Source: a virus
IMG/VR virus record: IMGVR_UViG_3300025840_000013
DNA length: 64,000 bases
Direction: 5' to 3' (one strand)
Within the stretch, counting starts at the first letter, position 1. Each line of letters starts with the position of its first letter. Made by a program: the position numbers and the translations under genes. Of this stretch, positions 40,851 to 51,378 are shown in pieces. Below the pieces are notes generated by a model. It was not told the origin of the DNA. It was given only the letters and a program-made list of their open reading frames with translations, and did not search any database.

Positions 40851-43800
40851 ATGCCACAGTTTCAAACCGCTAATGGACAAAAGATACAGGTTGCAACTAA
40901 AATAGTTTCAAATATTATAGTTGAAACTATTGATCCACCACAAGTCGAATATGTAAATTACTTTACTCCAGACATCGATCCTAGAAATAATGCAATTGAT
41001 CTAGAAAGAATAAAAACTTATCAGGGAAAGACATATGAAGTTAGGCGTTCTGATTTAGTATGGAACTATGGACTAGAACTTGATGAGATTGGTTATGCAA
41101 ACTATTTCTATACAAATGGAATAAATTTAGCACAAAGATATTATGACAACTTAGTTCAAACAAGTGTTCATAGAGGTGGTATTGGAGAATATAATCCAAA
41201 CTTTTATATTGAAGTAGAAAGTATTGGATTGGACGCTGCCAATGTCACCGCAAATTCCAGTGAATATCGATCTCAAAGGATTGATTATTACAATCCAATC
41301 ACAAAACAAATTGATAAAAAACTCTATCATACAAGTCGAGGAGTTAGAGTTACAAAATTAATCAAGAATGGTAGTTTTTGGACATTTGTTGATAGTATTC
41401 AATATGACACTTTTGATAGTACAGAGTCTCTTAGTACATTTTTGGTGGCAGGACAAGACGCAGTTGTTGGTGAGGTATATGAACTTGTAGGGACATACGA
41501 TATAAATGACCCTGATACTTTTGCTGCATTAGATTCTATGGGATTTATCGCAGGATCAGTTGAGTCTCCAACAATTTCCACCAGAGCCACATTACAAAAT
41601 TTACCACCAGAAAATTTTACAGTTACTTTTAGAGAAGTTAGAACTATAGGATATTTCAATGCAATAAATCTAAGAAATTTTATTTCTACTTTTTCTGATG
41701 GTGATATGATTATCATAAACACTTTCGATGAACCTAGTGCCAATAAGTCTGTATGGACAGGGGAATTGAGTAATAATTTTATTACAAGTTTTGCAGATAT
41801 CGCATGGGACTATAGAAGTGCATATTTGTATATTGGCACAAAAAACGGAGAAAAAATAGACGAACAATATGCTGAAGACACGAATGCAAAATTATACACT
41901 ACGATAAACTCTGAGTTGTTATTTGGTACTGTTACGGCAACAACATATACATCAACTTACGATGAGTTTAATCAAGGTGTATTTAAAAACAAATATAATG
42001 TAAACAAAAGATATATTCCACAAATTAGTTCTACCTTAGATGAACAACAGGATGGGGTATATGTTGTATTAGATGGTTATAATAGAAAAACTGCAACCGT
42101 CCCATTTAAATACTGGCATCCAAGACATCCTTCGCAGAGAATGAATACCCTTGAAGATGTATTTCATTTTTCAGTAAGTGTTAAAGACATAGATTTTAGT
42201 TTATTTGAAGAACATTTAAGAGTATCTGTTTATCACTCAAAAGAAAACCACGAAGATGTGTTGGAAGATTTAACCAATTTTTATTCTAAAAATACATCAT
42301 CTTTAATTGATGAAATAGACTTTGATTTGAGTGGACAAGTAGATAAAGAATGGGTACATCTGAGTATTGATTTGCTTTCTCTCAATTTTCCATCATATGA
42401 TGGCATAGTCTGGTTTGAGATTGAAAGAATTCCTAGATTATTTGATAACCCATTTACCGATGGTTTCCGAGCGGATCAAATATTTAATTCTTGGTATAGA
42501 TTTTCTCATTTAGGTGATGAGGCAGTATATCCATTTGACCCACAAGATGAATTAGAAACTGCATATGTATATGATATTGTCGATAATAAAATAGTTTCTA
42601 CTCAAAATTTCAGAGGTTATACTGGATTTGTTTCTTTTGAATCTTATGAAAATTATAATTTAGAAGTTAGGGTAAAGAGTGGAGAGTTTGATAATGATGC
42701 AGTTGGTTTAGTTATTGGTTTTGTATTTGAAGATGGAAAAGAATACACGTTAAGTGTATTACGAGCTCTTGGACAACACTTTAGAGGTAAGTCTTGGCTT
42801 GCAATTGCAAACTGTAATCAGGCAAGTAGCACTCTTGGTGAACCTTGGGAATGGTTGGGTTTACGTCCTGATGAAGTTATTGATTATGAATATGAATTTG
42901 ATAAAGATATCAATCCTTTCTATCACGAAATATGGGATGGAACTCCTACTGCACCAAAACCAGAAGTTCCTGCTGAATTTTTGGATGCAGAGGTGGAATC
43001 ACAGGGCGCTCAGTGGAATATGTTTCCTAATGGAACAAAAATAAGAATTGAAAAACGTGCAAATATCGTAAAACTTTATACAAGTCAATTTGATGATCCA
43101 GAGACTATTGATCCATCTACAGAAATTGAAATTGATTTGACATCAGACCCAGAACTAGAAAAGTTTATTTATTCTAGAATTGGTATCAGCAACTTTTCTG
43201 CAGCAAATGCATCTTGGGAAGATGTTATATTTGAACCATTAATCGATGTGGAGTCAGAGACTACTTCTGAAGATTATCCAACATCTAGAAACGGTTTCAT
43301 TGCAGTGGGTGGAATGGGAACTGAAAGAACTTACATGTCAGAAGAGTTGTCGGGCCCAGTTCCAAATCCTTACTTTATTGAAATAATCGATTCAACTAGA
43401 TTTGTTGTTGATAGACAAGAATTAGAATCAGTTGCAAAGTTCGATTTAAGAACGTTTGAACTATCTGTTGGAATGGACGGATATAATCAAGATGTTGTTG
43501 AATTGATGCGTCCAGATTTATATGGTTCGACAATTTTAGATTATAACAATATTAATATGATATTGCAATCAAAAACTATTCACTTTGACTATTCTCCATT
43601 TACTGGTGGGAAGTCACTGGATATTTCTAAAATATGGGAAATGGACTTTATTGATAGAAGACCAAGTACGCCGATATTTGAACAAACTCTAGGTGGACTA
43701 AAAGTAAAACAAGATTTAATAACAAAGATTTGGGAAGTAAATCTTGCAGGAATAACTTATAACTTTGGAGATTTGCCAAGAGCTGAATATACTATAATAA

Positions 43801-46163
43801 GAGATAATCTTAATTTATTGGGTGAATTACCAAGGGCAGAATTTACTACATCTAACACACAAGATTTGATATTAGATACTAATACTGGTTTATATTATTT
43901 TAAACCTAGTGATGAGGCATCTGATATAACAAAATCTTTATATTTTGGAAAACCAAAAGATATTAATATTCCTATTAATCATTACTTTGCAAAATATAAA
44001 GATTCTGCATTTAAATACAATCAACAGATTAAAGAGGTGATGGATGTTGTAATTCCACCAAATGATTATTTTATAAAATCTAAAGATATTGTTTTAGATA
44101 ATACTTTATTTAAAGAGACTGTTAAAATATTTGAATTTGATTATCCTAAGTCCGTTTTCTTTGATAGGGCAAAAGATATTCAGTTTAATGTTGCACCTTT
44201 CTATACAGAAACTTTAGATAAGACATATATTAATAAATTATTCTTTATTGATTTAGATGAATGGAATACTAGTTTAAACTTTAGTCCTTTCCAATATAAT
44301 ATGGACGATGTTTCTTATATAATTGAACAAAACTATTTACTTGCAAAAGATACTGGTATTGATCCTAAAAATAGTTTTAAATTTAAAATGCTTGAAGAAA
44401 TATTCAAACCAAAATTTATTGTAAGTAATCAACCGACATATGAATTTATTTTTGATTCTTTTGTTGGAGTTTCTTCTAATCTTTGGGACGCTACAAAATT
44501 CCAACCTACTTATTATGAAAAGGTTGAGAGTGGCCACCCTAGAAGTGATGGTTCTGATGCATATGGACATGAGCCTACTACCGTAGAAGTTCCTAAAAGT
44601 CGATATAAGGAAGGGGCCTTCTTAGGGTTTATAAAGGAAAATAGTGTTGGTAAAAACCACGGTTCTGGTGCATTTCATGTGGATCAAGAATACAGTGAAA
44701 CGCAGATTCTTGGTGATGTTGGTAGTGGGGGGAAATTCTTATTTGAGTTCTCTGAAGTAGACTGGGATTTAGACAAGAATGGTTCATTTGAAAGTGGATG
44801 GGGATTGGCCCGAGCAGCCAAAAAACAATATAACTTTACATATGAAATAATTAAAAACGATAAAACTGGTAGACTACCAGATTGTCTAGAATTGGATGGG
44901 AATATTATTAAAGGCAGACTCAGTGAAACTGATATGTTTGTGAGAAAAAACGCATTTGAAACTTGGATGAAAAGTCAGGGTCAAGAAATAGATGGTGCGT
45001 GGATTTCGCACGCTGATAATATAGACTATGATTATTCTGATTTCCAATTAACCAATCCTAGAATATTTACTTTGCAGATGACTGGTACAAACACTACTAG
45101 AGGAGAATTAGATGTAATACATTCCGGCGGCGAAAGATATTCTTTTGGTGAAGTTATTGTGCAAGGTGATACCACTCTTGTAATTGACAGTGTTGGTTCT
45201 GATTATACAACTGAAGTTTTAAGGGATACTGGTGTTGAAACTGTAACGGTAACACGATATGAATATAGAGAACTGAAAGGTGAAATTGATATAACTTCAA
45301 ATGAAACTACTCAAACTTCTGTTTTTGTTCCTAGTACTCAAACGGCATCTATTGAAATTGCAAAATTACAAGAAGACTTAGTTTTTGCAACTGGAAACAC
45401 TGCAACTCTTATACAAGAAAGAATCGATGAATTGCAGGATATTATAGATGGAAATGTCGCAAGCGAAGGTTATTTTGCAATTACAGACGAATCGCCAATC
45501 ACAAATTTTAAATATGTCGAAAGTGAAGAAACATCCCTGCAAGCAATCGTACATGATTTTATTGTCGATAACAGTGGTGGATTGATAAAAAATATAGAAA
45601 TAGTTATGCCAATCTGGAATAACTTTACATATGATAAAGATTTATTCTTGCACAAATCTGATAAAATACAGACTCCAGATAATCAAGATAGGTTGAAGTG
45701 GATTGAAGAACAAAGAAATAAGGGAAATTTCACATATGACCCTAGTAGAAACAATACTGCACTTGATAACGCATGGATACAGTCAATAAATAATTATAAT
45801 AATGGTATTATCACTTATGATGATTATGTATGGAAGAAAAATTTCATAATTAATTCTAGAAGTTTTATGTCAGAAGAGAAGAGAGAAGAATATATAGAAT
45901 ATATTGACAGTTTTGTTAAACTCGAATTTGGAACAACGGATAAGTATAATGTAAACCAGGCCAAACTATCACAAGTTTCTATCGAATATTTTAATACAAA
46001 TTATCCATATGTAGAGTCTGAAAATAATCAATTTACATATTTGGAAAATATTGAACCATTTGTACTTAATTGTGAATTTGAGGTTTCAGAAGAAATATTC
46101 TATGACTTTGATCAGGATGCAAAAGTAATTAGAGGATATCCAGTATATGCCAGCTGTAACTAG
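40851..46163 (+). CDS. large mosaic virion protein with ILEI-like and lectin (ConA/TSP_C-like) domains, 1770 aa
   Basis: RGV...YDTF...INTFDEP...YRSAYLYIG.K (ILEI/PANDER-like); FNSWYRFSH...DNDAVGLVIGF...KEYTLS domain paralogous to one in gp7; G.LP..L.L.G..I.G Ig-like motif near 44870. Confidence 0.6.
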   Translation: MPQFQTANGQKIQVATKIVSNIIVETIDPPQVEYVNYFTPDIDPRNNAIDLERIKTYQGKTYEVRRSDLVWNYGLELDEIGYANYFYTNGINLAQRYYDNLVQTSVHRGGIGEYNPNFYIEVESIGLDAANVTANSSEYRSQRIDYYNPITKQIDKKLYHTSRGVRVTKLIKNGSFWTFVDSIQYDTFDSTESLSTFLVAGQDAVVGEVYELVGTYDINDPDTFAALDSMGFIAGSVESPTISTRATLQNLPPENFTVTFREVRTIGYFNAINLRNFISTFSDGDMIIINTFDEPSANKSVWTGELSNNFITSFADIAWDYRSAYLYIGTKNGEKIDEQYAEDTNAKLYTTINSELLFGTVTATTYTSTYDEFNQGVFKNKYNVNKRYIPQISSTLDEQQDGVYVVLDGYNRKTATVPFKYWHPRHPSQRMNTLEDVFHFSVSVKDIDFSLFEEHLRVSVYHSKENHEDVLEDLTNFYSKNTSSLIDEIDFDLSGQVDKEWVHLSIDLLSLNFPSYDGIVWFEIERIPRLFDNPFTDGFRADQIFNSWYRFSHLGDEAVYPFDPQDELETAYVYDIVDNKIVSTQNFRGYTGFVSFESYENYNLEVRVKSGEFDNDAVGLVIGFVFEDGKEYTLSVLRALGQHFRGKSWLAIANCNQASSTLGEPWEWLGLRPDEVIDYEYEFDKDINPFYHEIWDGTPTAPKPEVPAEFLDAEVESQGAQWNMFPNGTKIRIEKRANIVKLYTSQFDDPETIDPSTEIEIDLTSDPELEKFIYSRIGISNFSAANASWEDVIFEPLIDVESETTSEDYPTSRNGFIAVGGMGTERTYMSEELSGPVPNPYFIEIIDSTRFVVDRQELESVAKFDLRTFELSVGMDGYNQDVVELMRPDLYGSTILDYNNINMILQSKTIHFDYSPFTGGKSLDISKIWEMDFIDRRPSTPIFEQTLGGLKVKQDLITKIWEVNLAGITYNFGDLPRAEYTIIRDNLNLLGELPRAEFTTSNTQDLILDTNTGLYYFKPSDEASDITKSLYFGKPKDINIPINHYFAKYKDSAFKYNQQIKEVMDVVIPPNDYFIKSKDIVLDNTLFKETVKIFEFDYPKSVFFDRAKDIQFNVAPFYTETLDKTYINKLFFIDLDEWNTSLNFSPFQYNMDDVSYIIEQNYLLAKDTGIDPKNSFKFKMLEEIFKPKFIVSNQPTYEFIFDSFVGVSSNLWDATKFQPTYYEKVESGHPRSDGSDAYGHEPTTVEVPKSRYKEGAFLGFIKENSVGKNHGSGAFHVDQEYSETQILGDVGSGGKFLFEFSEVDWDLDKNGSFESGWGLARAAKKQYNFTYEIIKNDKTGRLPDCLELDGNIIKGRLSETDMFVRKNAFETWMKSQGQEIDGAWISHADNIDYDYSDFQLTNPRIFTLQMTGTNTTRGELDVIHSGGERYSFGEVIVQGDTTLVIDSVGSDYTTEVLRDTGVETVTVTRYEYRELKGEIDITSNETTQTSVFVPSTQTASIEIAKLQEDLVFATGNTATLIQERIDELQDIIDGNVASEGYFAITDESPITNFKYVESEETSLQAIVHDFIVDNSGGLIKNIEIVMPIWNNFTYDKDLFLHKSDKIQTPDNQDRLKWIEEQRNKGNFTYDPSRNNTALDNAWIQSINNYNNGIITYDDYVWKKNFIINSRSFMSEEKREEYIEYIDSFVKLEFGTTDKYNVNQAKLSQVSIEYFNTNYPYVESENNQFTYLENIEPFVLNCEFEVSEEIFYDFDQDAKVIRGYPVYASCN

Positions 46164-46437
46164 AAAGGGCGACACCTGTACAGGACACGGTTGTTTTCCA
46201 CCAAGAGCGAGTGTCCAAGGAAGTGGAAATGTGTTTGTAAATAGTATTCCAGTTCATCGACAAAGTGATGGATGGGCGACTCATTGTTGCCCGCCGCCCA
46301 CATGTCATGGTTCTGTTCTTTCATCTGGTTCTAGTACAGTTTTTGCGAATGGATTACAGGTCGGTAGAATAGGAGATCCAGTCGCATGTGGTTCTTCCGT
46401 TGCCGTTGGTAGTGGAAATGTTTTTGCTGGTGGATGA
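46147..46437 (+). CDS. gp5.4: PAAR-repeat spike tip protein (T4 gp5.4 homologue)
   Basis: MPAVTRKGD.CTGH.CFPP....GS.NVFVN.IPVHR..D....H......H......GSSTVFANG...GRIGD.VACGS.VA.GS.NVFAG. Overlaps the upstream gene by 17 nt. Confidence 0.95.
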   Translation: MPAVTRKGDTCTGHGCFPPRASVQGSGNVFVNSIPVHRQSDGWATHCCPPPTCHGSVLSSGSSTVFANGLQVGRIGDPVACGSSVAVGSGNVFAGG

Positions 46438-46445
46438 TATAAATA
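46438..46445 (+). promoter_or_regulatory. T4-type late promoter
   Basis: Exact TATAAATA directly after the PAAR stop; GGAG RBS then TTG start at 46475. Confidence 0.85.
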
Positions 46446-46474
46446 ATGTATAAAAGATAAGACGGAGTTTTTCA

Positions 46475-47407
46475 TTGGCAATTGCATATCCTATTAAGGC
46501 ACTCGTACAACAGTCTGGTGATGTTGTTCTTGGAGAATTTTTAGAATCCGACTATATTGGTATTCTAGATGGTGGCACTGGCGCAGGGGGAAGTAGAGAA
46601 AGTAATAGTCTTCCTGCAACAGCAACAGATGAAGAATTACTTGATGCAATCAGACAACAAATGCGAGATAATTTTGAACTCGCACGATATGAAACATATT
46701 CTTCTATAATCGCAATTCAACAAGAAGTTCCAGATGCTGGTAGAATAGCAATGGATAGTACTTCTGGAAGATTGTTTTATGGTACAGGAGAAGCTTGGTT
46801 TGAAGTAGGACAGGCACTTTTAGTTCAAGATAATATCACTGGTGGACTTGAGTTTGGCGGAGATATTATTGTTATATACAACCCAGACACGAGTACTACA
46901 TCAGTAACGGTAGATTTTACACCACTTAGAAACCAAATAAACGCAATTATAGGCGGCTCTGGACTAAATACGGATGGTACTTATACTCCAAATGCAAACA
47001 CCAATTTTATTTCTGGTGCAACTAGTCTAAATAATGCTGATGTATTGTTGGACACTGCTCTGCAAAACGAAATTAATAGGGCAACTGGTGTAGAATCTTC
47101 TATTATATCACAAATAACAGGGGTTACTAACGACCTTGCAAATTTTGCATATGAAGGACACACTGCAGCACAGGTATCTGGTGCTGGAAAGGTTGGTATT
47201 GTTTATGATACCACCAGTGGAAAATACGAACCAACTAGTGATTTTGGAGTTGGTGGATTTATCAAGTTTACTATGGAAGACGGTAGTAGGGATGATATTC
47301 CATTGACCACAACTTTCCATGGTAATCAAATAGTAAATGGCGTAGTTGAATTTTTTACAGCAAACGGCACCCAAGACGATATAGATTTGGTCGTAAACGG
47401 TGTATAA
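46475..47407 (+). CDS. short fibre/adaptor protein, 310 aa (TTG start)
   Basis: N-terminus paralogous to that of the 3277-aa fibre (PI...V..SGD...L.EF......G...GGTGA); contains a GLNTDGTY...ATSL....LLDT.L repeat shared with 17444..18643. Confidence 0.65.
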   Translation: MAIAYPIKALVQQSGDVVLGEFLESDYIGILDGGTGAGGSRESNSLPATATDEELLDAIRQQMRDNFELARYETYSSIIAIQQEVPDAGRIAMDSTSGRLFYGTGEAWFEVGQALLVQDNITGGLEFGGDIIVIYNPDTSTTSVTVDFTPLRNQINAIIGGSGLNTDGTYTPNANTNFISGATSLNNADVLLDTALQNEINRATGVESSIISQITGVTNDLANFAYEGHTAAQVSGAGKVGIVYDTTSGKYEPTSDFGVGGFIKFTMEDGSRDDIPLTTTFHGNQIVNGVVEFFTANGTQDDIDLVVNGV

Positions 47408-47416
47408 ATTCTTTTT

Positions 47417-47424
47417 TATAAATA
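47417..47424 (+). promoter_or_regulatory. T4-type late promoter
   Basis: Exact TATAAATA (near match TATAAATT at 47403-47410) upstream of AGGAG and ATG 47469. Confidence 0.85.
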
Positions 47425-47468
47425 ATAAGAAATAAATAATTGCAATTTAAAATAATAGGAGTTTATTA

Positions 47469-50400
47469 ATGTCTAAGTCTATCCAAAAAAATGAAATCAT
47501 TCACATGGACGGATACTACAGAGATCCAAAGCGTGATGATTTTATTCCACTTATACAACAAGTAACAGAACAATTCTTAGAAAATGGATTTGATGATGTC
47601 GGGCCACAAATCACAAAGATTTCGATCAGAGATTCAGAATTAACAAAATATATTGATGAATTTATCGTGTGGAATTATGATTCTGGCGCAACATCGTCAA
47701 CAGAAGGTGCATATGGAATTGACGATCCTACGTCACCAACTGCTGGTCAGACATTCACTCCATTTTATTTAGATGGGGAAGCTTCAGTAGCGAGAAGAAA
47801 AGAAATTGATGATGTTTATGACAATAAAGATTGGCACGATTTGTTATCAGAAAACTTTCCATCTTCAACAGCTGCCAGTACAGCAGGTCTCACTACAGAT
47901 AAAATATTGGGCCCAAATGCGGAATTATTTGCATATTTAAACCCACATCCAAATAGAAGGGGCGGCGGCGCAAATAGTTCTTGGGCAACTACAGTTACTA
48001 TTGATGCCGATAGTGACCCAGCTGGTTCAACTACCGTAACCACCTATAATGCAGCTCAATTGTCTGTTGGTATGGAATTGAGATCAAATAATGGTGTTGC
48101 ACTTTCGGCGCCATATCCAACAATTACTTCAATTAATATCAATGTTGTTACTCTTTCAGACCCCATTATTAGTGTGAGTGGACAGAATTTGGTATTTGGT
48201 ACTGGCGATCCAAGACCTGCAACTCTGTTGAATGGACATTTTTTTAAAGAAGCTCCATCTCCTGTAAAACTGGAACAGACAGATCAATCAGGATATATCG
48301 GACTTCCAAATATTTCTAGGACAGTTTATCAAAACGAATACAATAAAATTAAAAGATGTCTGACAAATACAGCGAGAGATGTTAAATTTTTACCAGACAT
48401 TGAATCTGGAATTAATACACAGGCAAAACTTCGTCAATATAGAGAAGAGGTAACATCACAGGGTGATGTTTTTCACCATTTCTGGATTTCTAACTATAGA
48501 GATGAATTTTTCTTTCCTGCAGGAACACTAGAACCAAGGAGATATCGTGGAGAATTGATTGTAGGATATCTTCACACATTTAATGGTAATAATCTACAAA
48601 GAGGTGATAGTTATAAGTTTACTTTTGCGGTTACAAACCTTGCACCAAATTCGACTATCGAATATGAAATTGATGTACCTGTTGGTTTAGATAACAGTAT
48701 TGTTGGATATACGCAAGATATTTATGATGTATTAGTAAAAACTGCACTATGCGATCCAAAGGGTGGGCCTTTCCTTGCGTCAATTAATCAGGACGATAGA
48801 GAAGGGGTAATTCAATTCGAATCTAGAGAAGTTGGTTTCTACCTTGCTGTATCTGTGGAAAGAACGGAACGCCCTCAGGCAACTCTAGTAAACTCTTTAA
48901 CTCAATTTACTGTTCCTATTACTACTGCAACATCTACTATTACAGATGGAACAACCACACTTGCAGCGGAACCTGTTTTCCCGAATGGATATTACCATCA
49001 AGTACAACTAAGAGGATTTGATGGTTGTAATATTGGGGACACCACCGTAATTACAATTTCTGGATTGGTTGATGAAACAAAAGTCGCTGCAGGAGTATAC
49101 GACACCGCAAATGCAACTTTAGATGATATTGTTCTTGAATTTAAGGCGTTGGAAAATTTAAACTCCGCACAAATGACATCCCAGATTGTAAGCAAATTGC
49201 GTCAAATCGGTTATATCAACACCTATATGACAGTTAAATCTTCTGGTTCTTCAATTATATTAGAATATAATAAAAATTCATCTGCATATTTTGCATTCGG
49301 CGGAAAAGGTAGATCTTCTGGGTTATCTTTAGCAGACTCTACTCATTTTGCCAACACAACAATTGGAGAAGTCACAGTGACTGACTATCCTGTTAATGGT
49401 GTCACTGTTGCAGATGCTACCGCACTACCAACTGCATTTACAGTTTCTGGTACATATACTCTTGCAACACTTTTAACTGCAACAGATACTGGTAGAACTT
49501 CTAGTGGTGATGCGGATGTTGATGGTGATCCAATGGAGTTTGAACTTTCACAAACACAATCTCCACAAATATCTGATGTATCAAAAGTTAGAATGCAATT
49601 TCCACTTGCAAGAGACTTTGGTACTTTTGCAAATCCAATAAATGGAAATTGGAAGGTTCAGATTGGTGCTGATGCAAAGGATACTTCATATTTTGTTTCA
49701 TATCAACAAAATATTTTGCATACAGATGGTTCTAGACCAGTCGGGCCACAAGTTTCCTTTGATTTAGATCAAAGAACTAGACACCCAAATAGTACACACC
49801 CTGGCCTTTCTTTGTCTAAAACAAGTTTTAAAGAGTTCAACACATATACTCATGAAATAGAAATTGATAGTTTTGAGTACATCACAGATCACTCAATGGG
49901 CCCAATTGTTTTACAGACAAAAGGTGCAAATTCTTTATCTGGAAATAATGGAGACCAACCATGGAGAATTCGTTTTGATATTTCTAGAGGATATGAAGTT
50001 AGAGAAACTTCTCCATATATCAATGATGCAGTTCTTCAAGTAAGAGGAGATGTTGATGCTTCAAATAGTTTTGAATATTTTAAATGTCATGTCGCAACTG
50101 AATTCCAGTTGAAATCAGACGGTGATGTTTCTCAGATTGAAGGAAGAGATGGTACTAAAGAAGCAAAAATGAGAGAACCAGGCTTCTTGGGTGCATTGCG
50201 TCCTCAGTTTACTGGATATCTAGAGAGTGCATCCCACTTAATTAGTCCTTTTGTGAATAGAGAACAATTAAGAAATTCTGTTGTAACTGATTTTAATCCA
50301 ACTGCTGGTTTGGTAGGTAGAAAACATTTTGATATTACAGGTACAATAATTACGGGGTTATATACGCCCTTTGTAGACCCTGCTGGGTATACTATCACAA

Positions 50401-51362
50401 AAAATAACGGACAAGTTGTCACAGAAGGAATATTAAATGATAATGAATACAGATATGAGGAAAGATTTTTGGTAGGTTCTTCTACAGAACTGACATATGA
50501 TACTCCATATAACTCTGGTTCTCTAAGACTTCAAAAAGGATGGTTTAGAAGAACTGGAAAATCACATCCAGATGTTGCTGTATCTTATCCAATGTCATTT
50601 ACTGCAACATTTGCAGATCACGGTATTTCGATGATGGTTAGAGACCAAGCATCATCAGATCAAGCAGACGATCACGCATGGTTTGTTGTTCAAAGACACG
50701 TTGATTCTATTACTGGTGAGGCTGACTATTCATCAGAACATCAACCGATCCATTGTGTTTATGCAACTTCCGAACCACCAACATTGTTCTCTGATTTAGT
50801 TCCATACTTTACTTCTAAAACAACAAAGAGAGAAGAGTCTATTGCATATACTGGTTTGTACGATGTCGCTGGTAATTACTTGTTTAATTTCACAATCGAT
50901 GAAATGCAAAACCAAGAGTTGCTTGCACTGGATATGGACACCCAATCAAGATTTAGACGCTTTGTTGTTCGTGAAAAGGATGTTTTGAAACCATGGGATA
51001 GACATGTTTTTGCTGGTATTAATGAAACAGATTCTCATGCCGTCCTTAATCCATTAGAACAATTGTCTCTTAATGATAAAGGACAGTTAGTCATTCAATT
51101 CCCTAACAGACTTGGATCTCAACGATTCTTGTACACAGGTAAAGAACTTGATTTGATTTCTTTCTGTGCTGCTGGTGCGGTGGGTCAAGATACTCTTATC
51201 TCTAGTGATAGATTTAGTACTGCTGGAACGACAGATAAGAAGAGACTGTATAGAGGATTAATGTCATCCGAAGCTTACGGCAATGGTATGAGATTATTAA
51301 TGCTAGTTGCTGGAAATGGTATCGAAAATACCGATGCAGATACAACTCTACTTACCTCTTAA
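47469..51362 (+). CDS. virion structural protein, scaffold-family paralogue P4 (1297 aa)
   Basis: SIQKN, FLENGF, QPWRIRF, HVATEFQL, GRDG, REPG, GWFRR, YPMSF...DHG, DQADDHAWFVVQRH, PIHCVY, RFVVREKDVLKPWD, DSHAVLNPLEQL, GNGMRLL. Confidence 0.8.
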   Translation: MSKSIQKNEIIHMDGYYRDPKRDDFIPLIQQVTEQFLENGFDDVGPQITKISIRDSELTKYIDEFIVWNYDSGATSSTEGAYGIDDPTSPTAGQTFTPFYLDGEASVARRKEIDDVYDNKDWHDLLSENFPSSTAASTAGLTTDKILGPNAELFAYLNPHPNRRGGGANSSWATTVTIDADSDPAGSTTVTTYNAAQLSVGMELRSNNGVALSAPYPTITSININVVTLSDPIISVSGQNLVFGTGDPRPATLLNGHFFKEAPSPVKLEQTDQSGYIGLPNISRTVYQNEYNKIKRCLTNTARDVKFLPDIESGINTQAKLRQYREEVTSQGDVFHHFWISNYRDEFFFPAGTLEPRRYRGELIVGYLHTFNGNNLQRGDSYKFTFAVTNLAPNSTIEYEIDVPVGLDNSIVGYTQDIYDVLVKTALCDPKGGPFLASINQDDREGVIQFESREVGFYLAVSVERTERPQATLVNSLTQFTVPITTATSTITDGTTTLAAEPVFPNGYYHQVQLRGFDGCNIGDTTVITISGLVDETKVAAGVYDTANATLDDIVLEFKALENLNSAQMTSQIVSKLRQIGYINTYMTVKSSGSSIILEYNKNSSAYFAFGGKGRSSGLSLADSTHFANTTIGEVTVTDYPVNGVTVADATALPTAFTVSGTYTLATLLTATDTGRTSSGDADVDGDPMEFELSQTQSPQISDVSKVRMQFPLARDFGTFANPINGNWKVQIGADAKDTSYFVSYQQNILHTDGSRPVGPQVSFDLDQRTRHPNSTHPGLSLSKTSFKEFNTYTHEIEIDSFEYITDHSMGPIVLQTKGANSLSGNNGDQPWRIRFDISRGYEVRETSPYINDAVLQVRGDVDASNSFEYFKCHVATEFQLKSDGDVSQIEGRDGTKEAKMREPGFLGALRPQFTGYLESASHLISPFVNREQLRNSVVTDFNPTAGLVGRKHFDITGTIITGLYTPFVDPAGYTITKNNGQVVTEGILNDNEYRYEERFLVGSSTELTYDTPYNSGSLRLQKGWFRRTGKSHPDVAVSYPMSFTATFADHGISMMVRDQASSDQADDHAWFVVQRHVDSITGEADYSSEHQPIHCVYATSEPPTLFSDLVPYFTSKTTKREESIAYTGLYDVAGNYLFNFTIDEMQNQELLALDMDTQSRFRRFVVREKDVLKPWDRHVFAGINETDSHAVLNPLEQLSLNDKGQLVIQFPNRLGSQRFLYTGKELDLISFCAAGAVGQDTLISSDRFSTAGTTDKKRLYRGLMSSEAYGNGMRLLMLVAGNGIENTDADTTLLTS

Positions 51363-51378
51363 TTGAAAGTTTAAGGTT

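Noticed and set aside
46147-46437. PAAR as evidence for a bacterial T6SS or eCIS locus
   Set aside because: The sequence is gp5.4-type, and the context has T4 gp6/7/8 and gp55-type late promoters with no T6SS genes.
24385-51362. Inteins or introns as the source of the large insertions
   Set aside because: No Hint-type C/S...HN junctions or homing endonuclease motifs seen; frames are uninterrupted; inserts look like structural beta modules.
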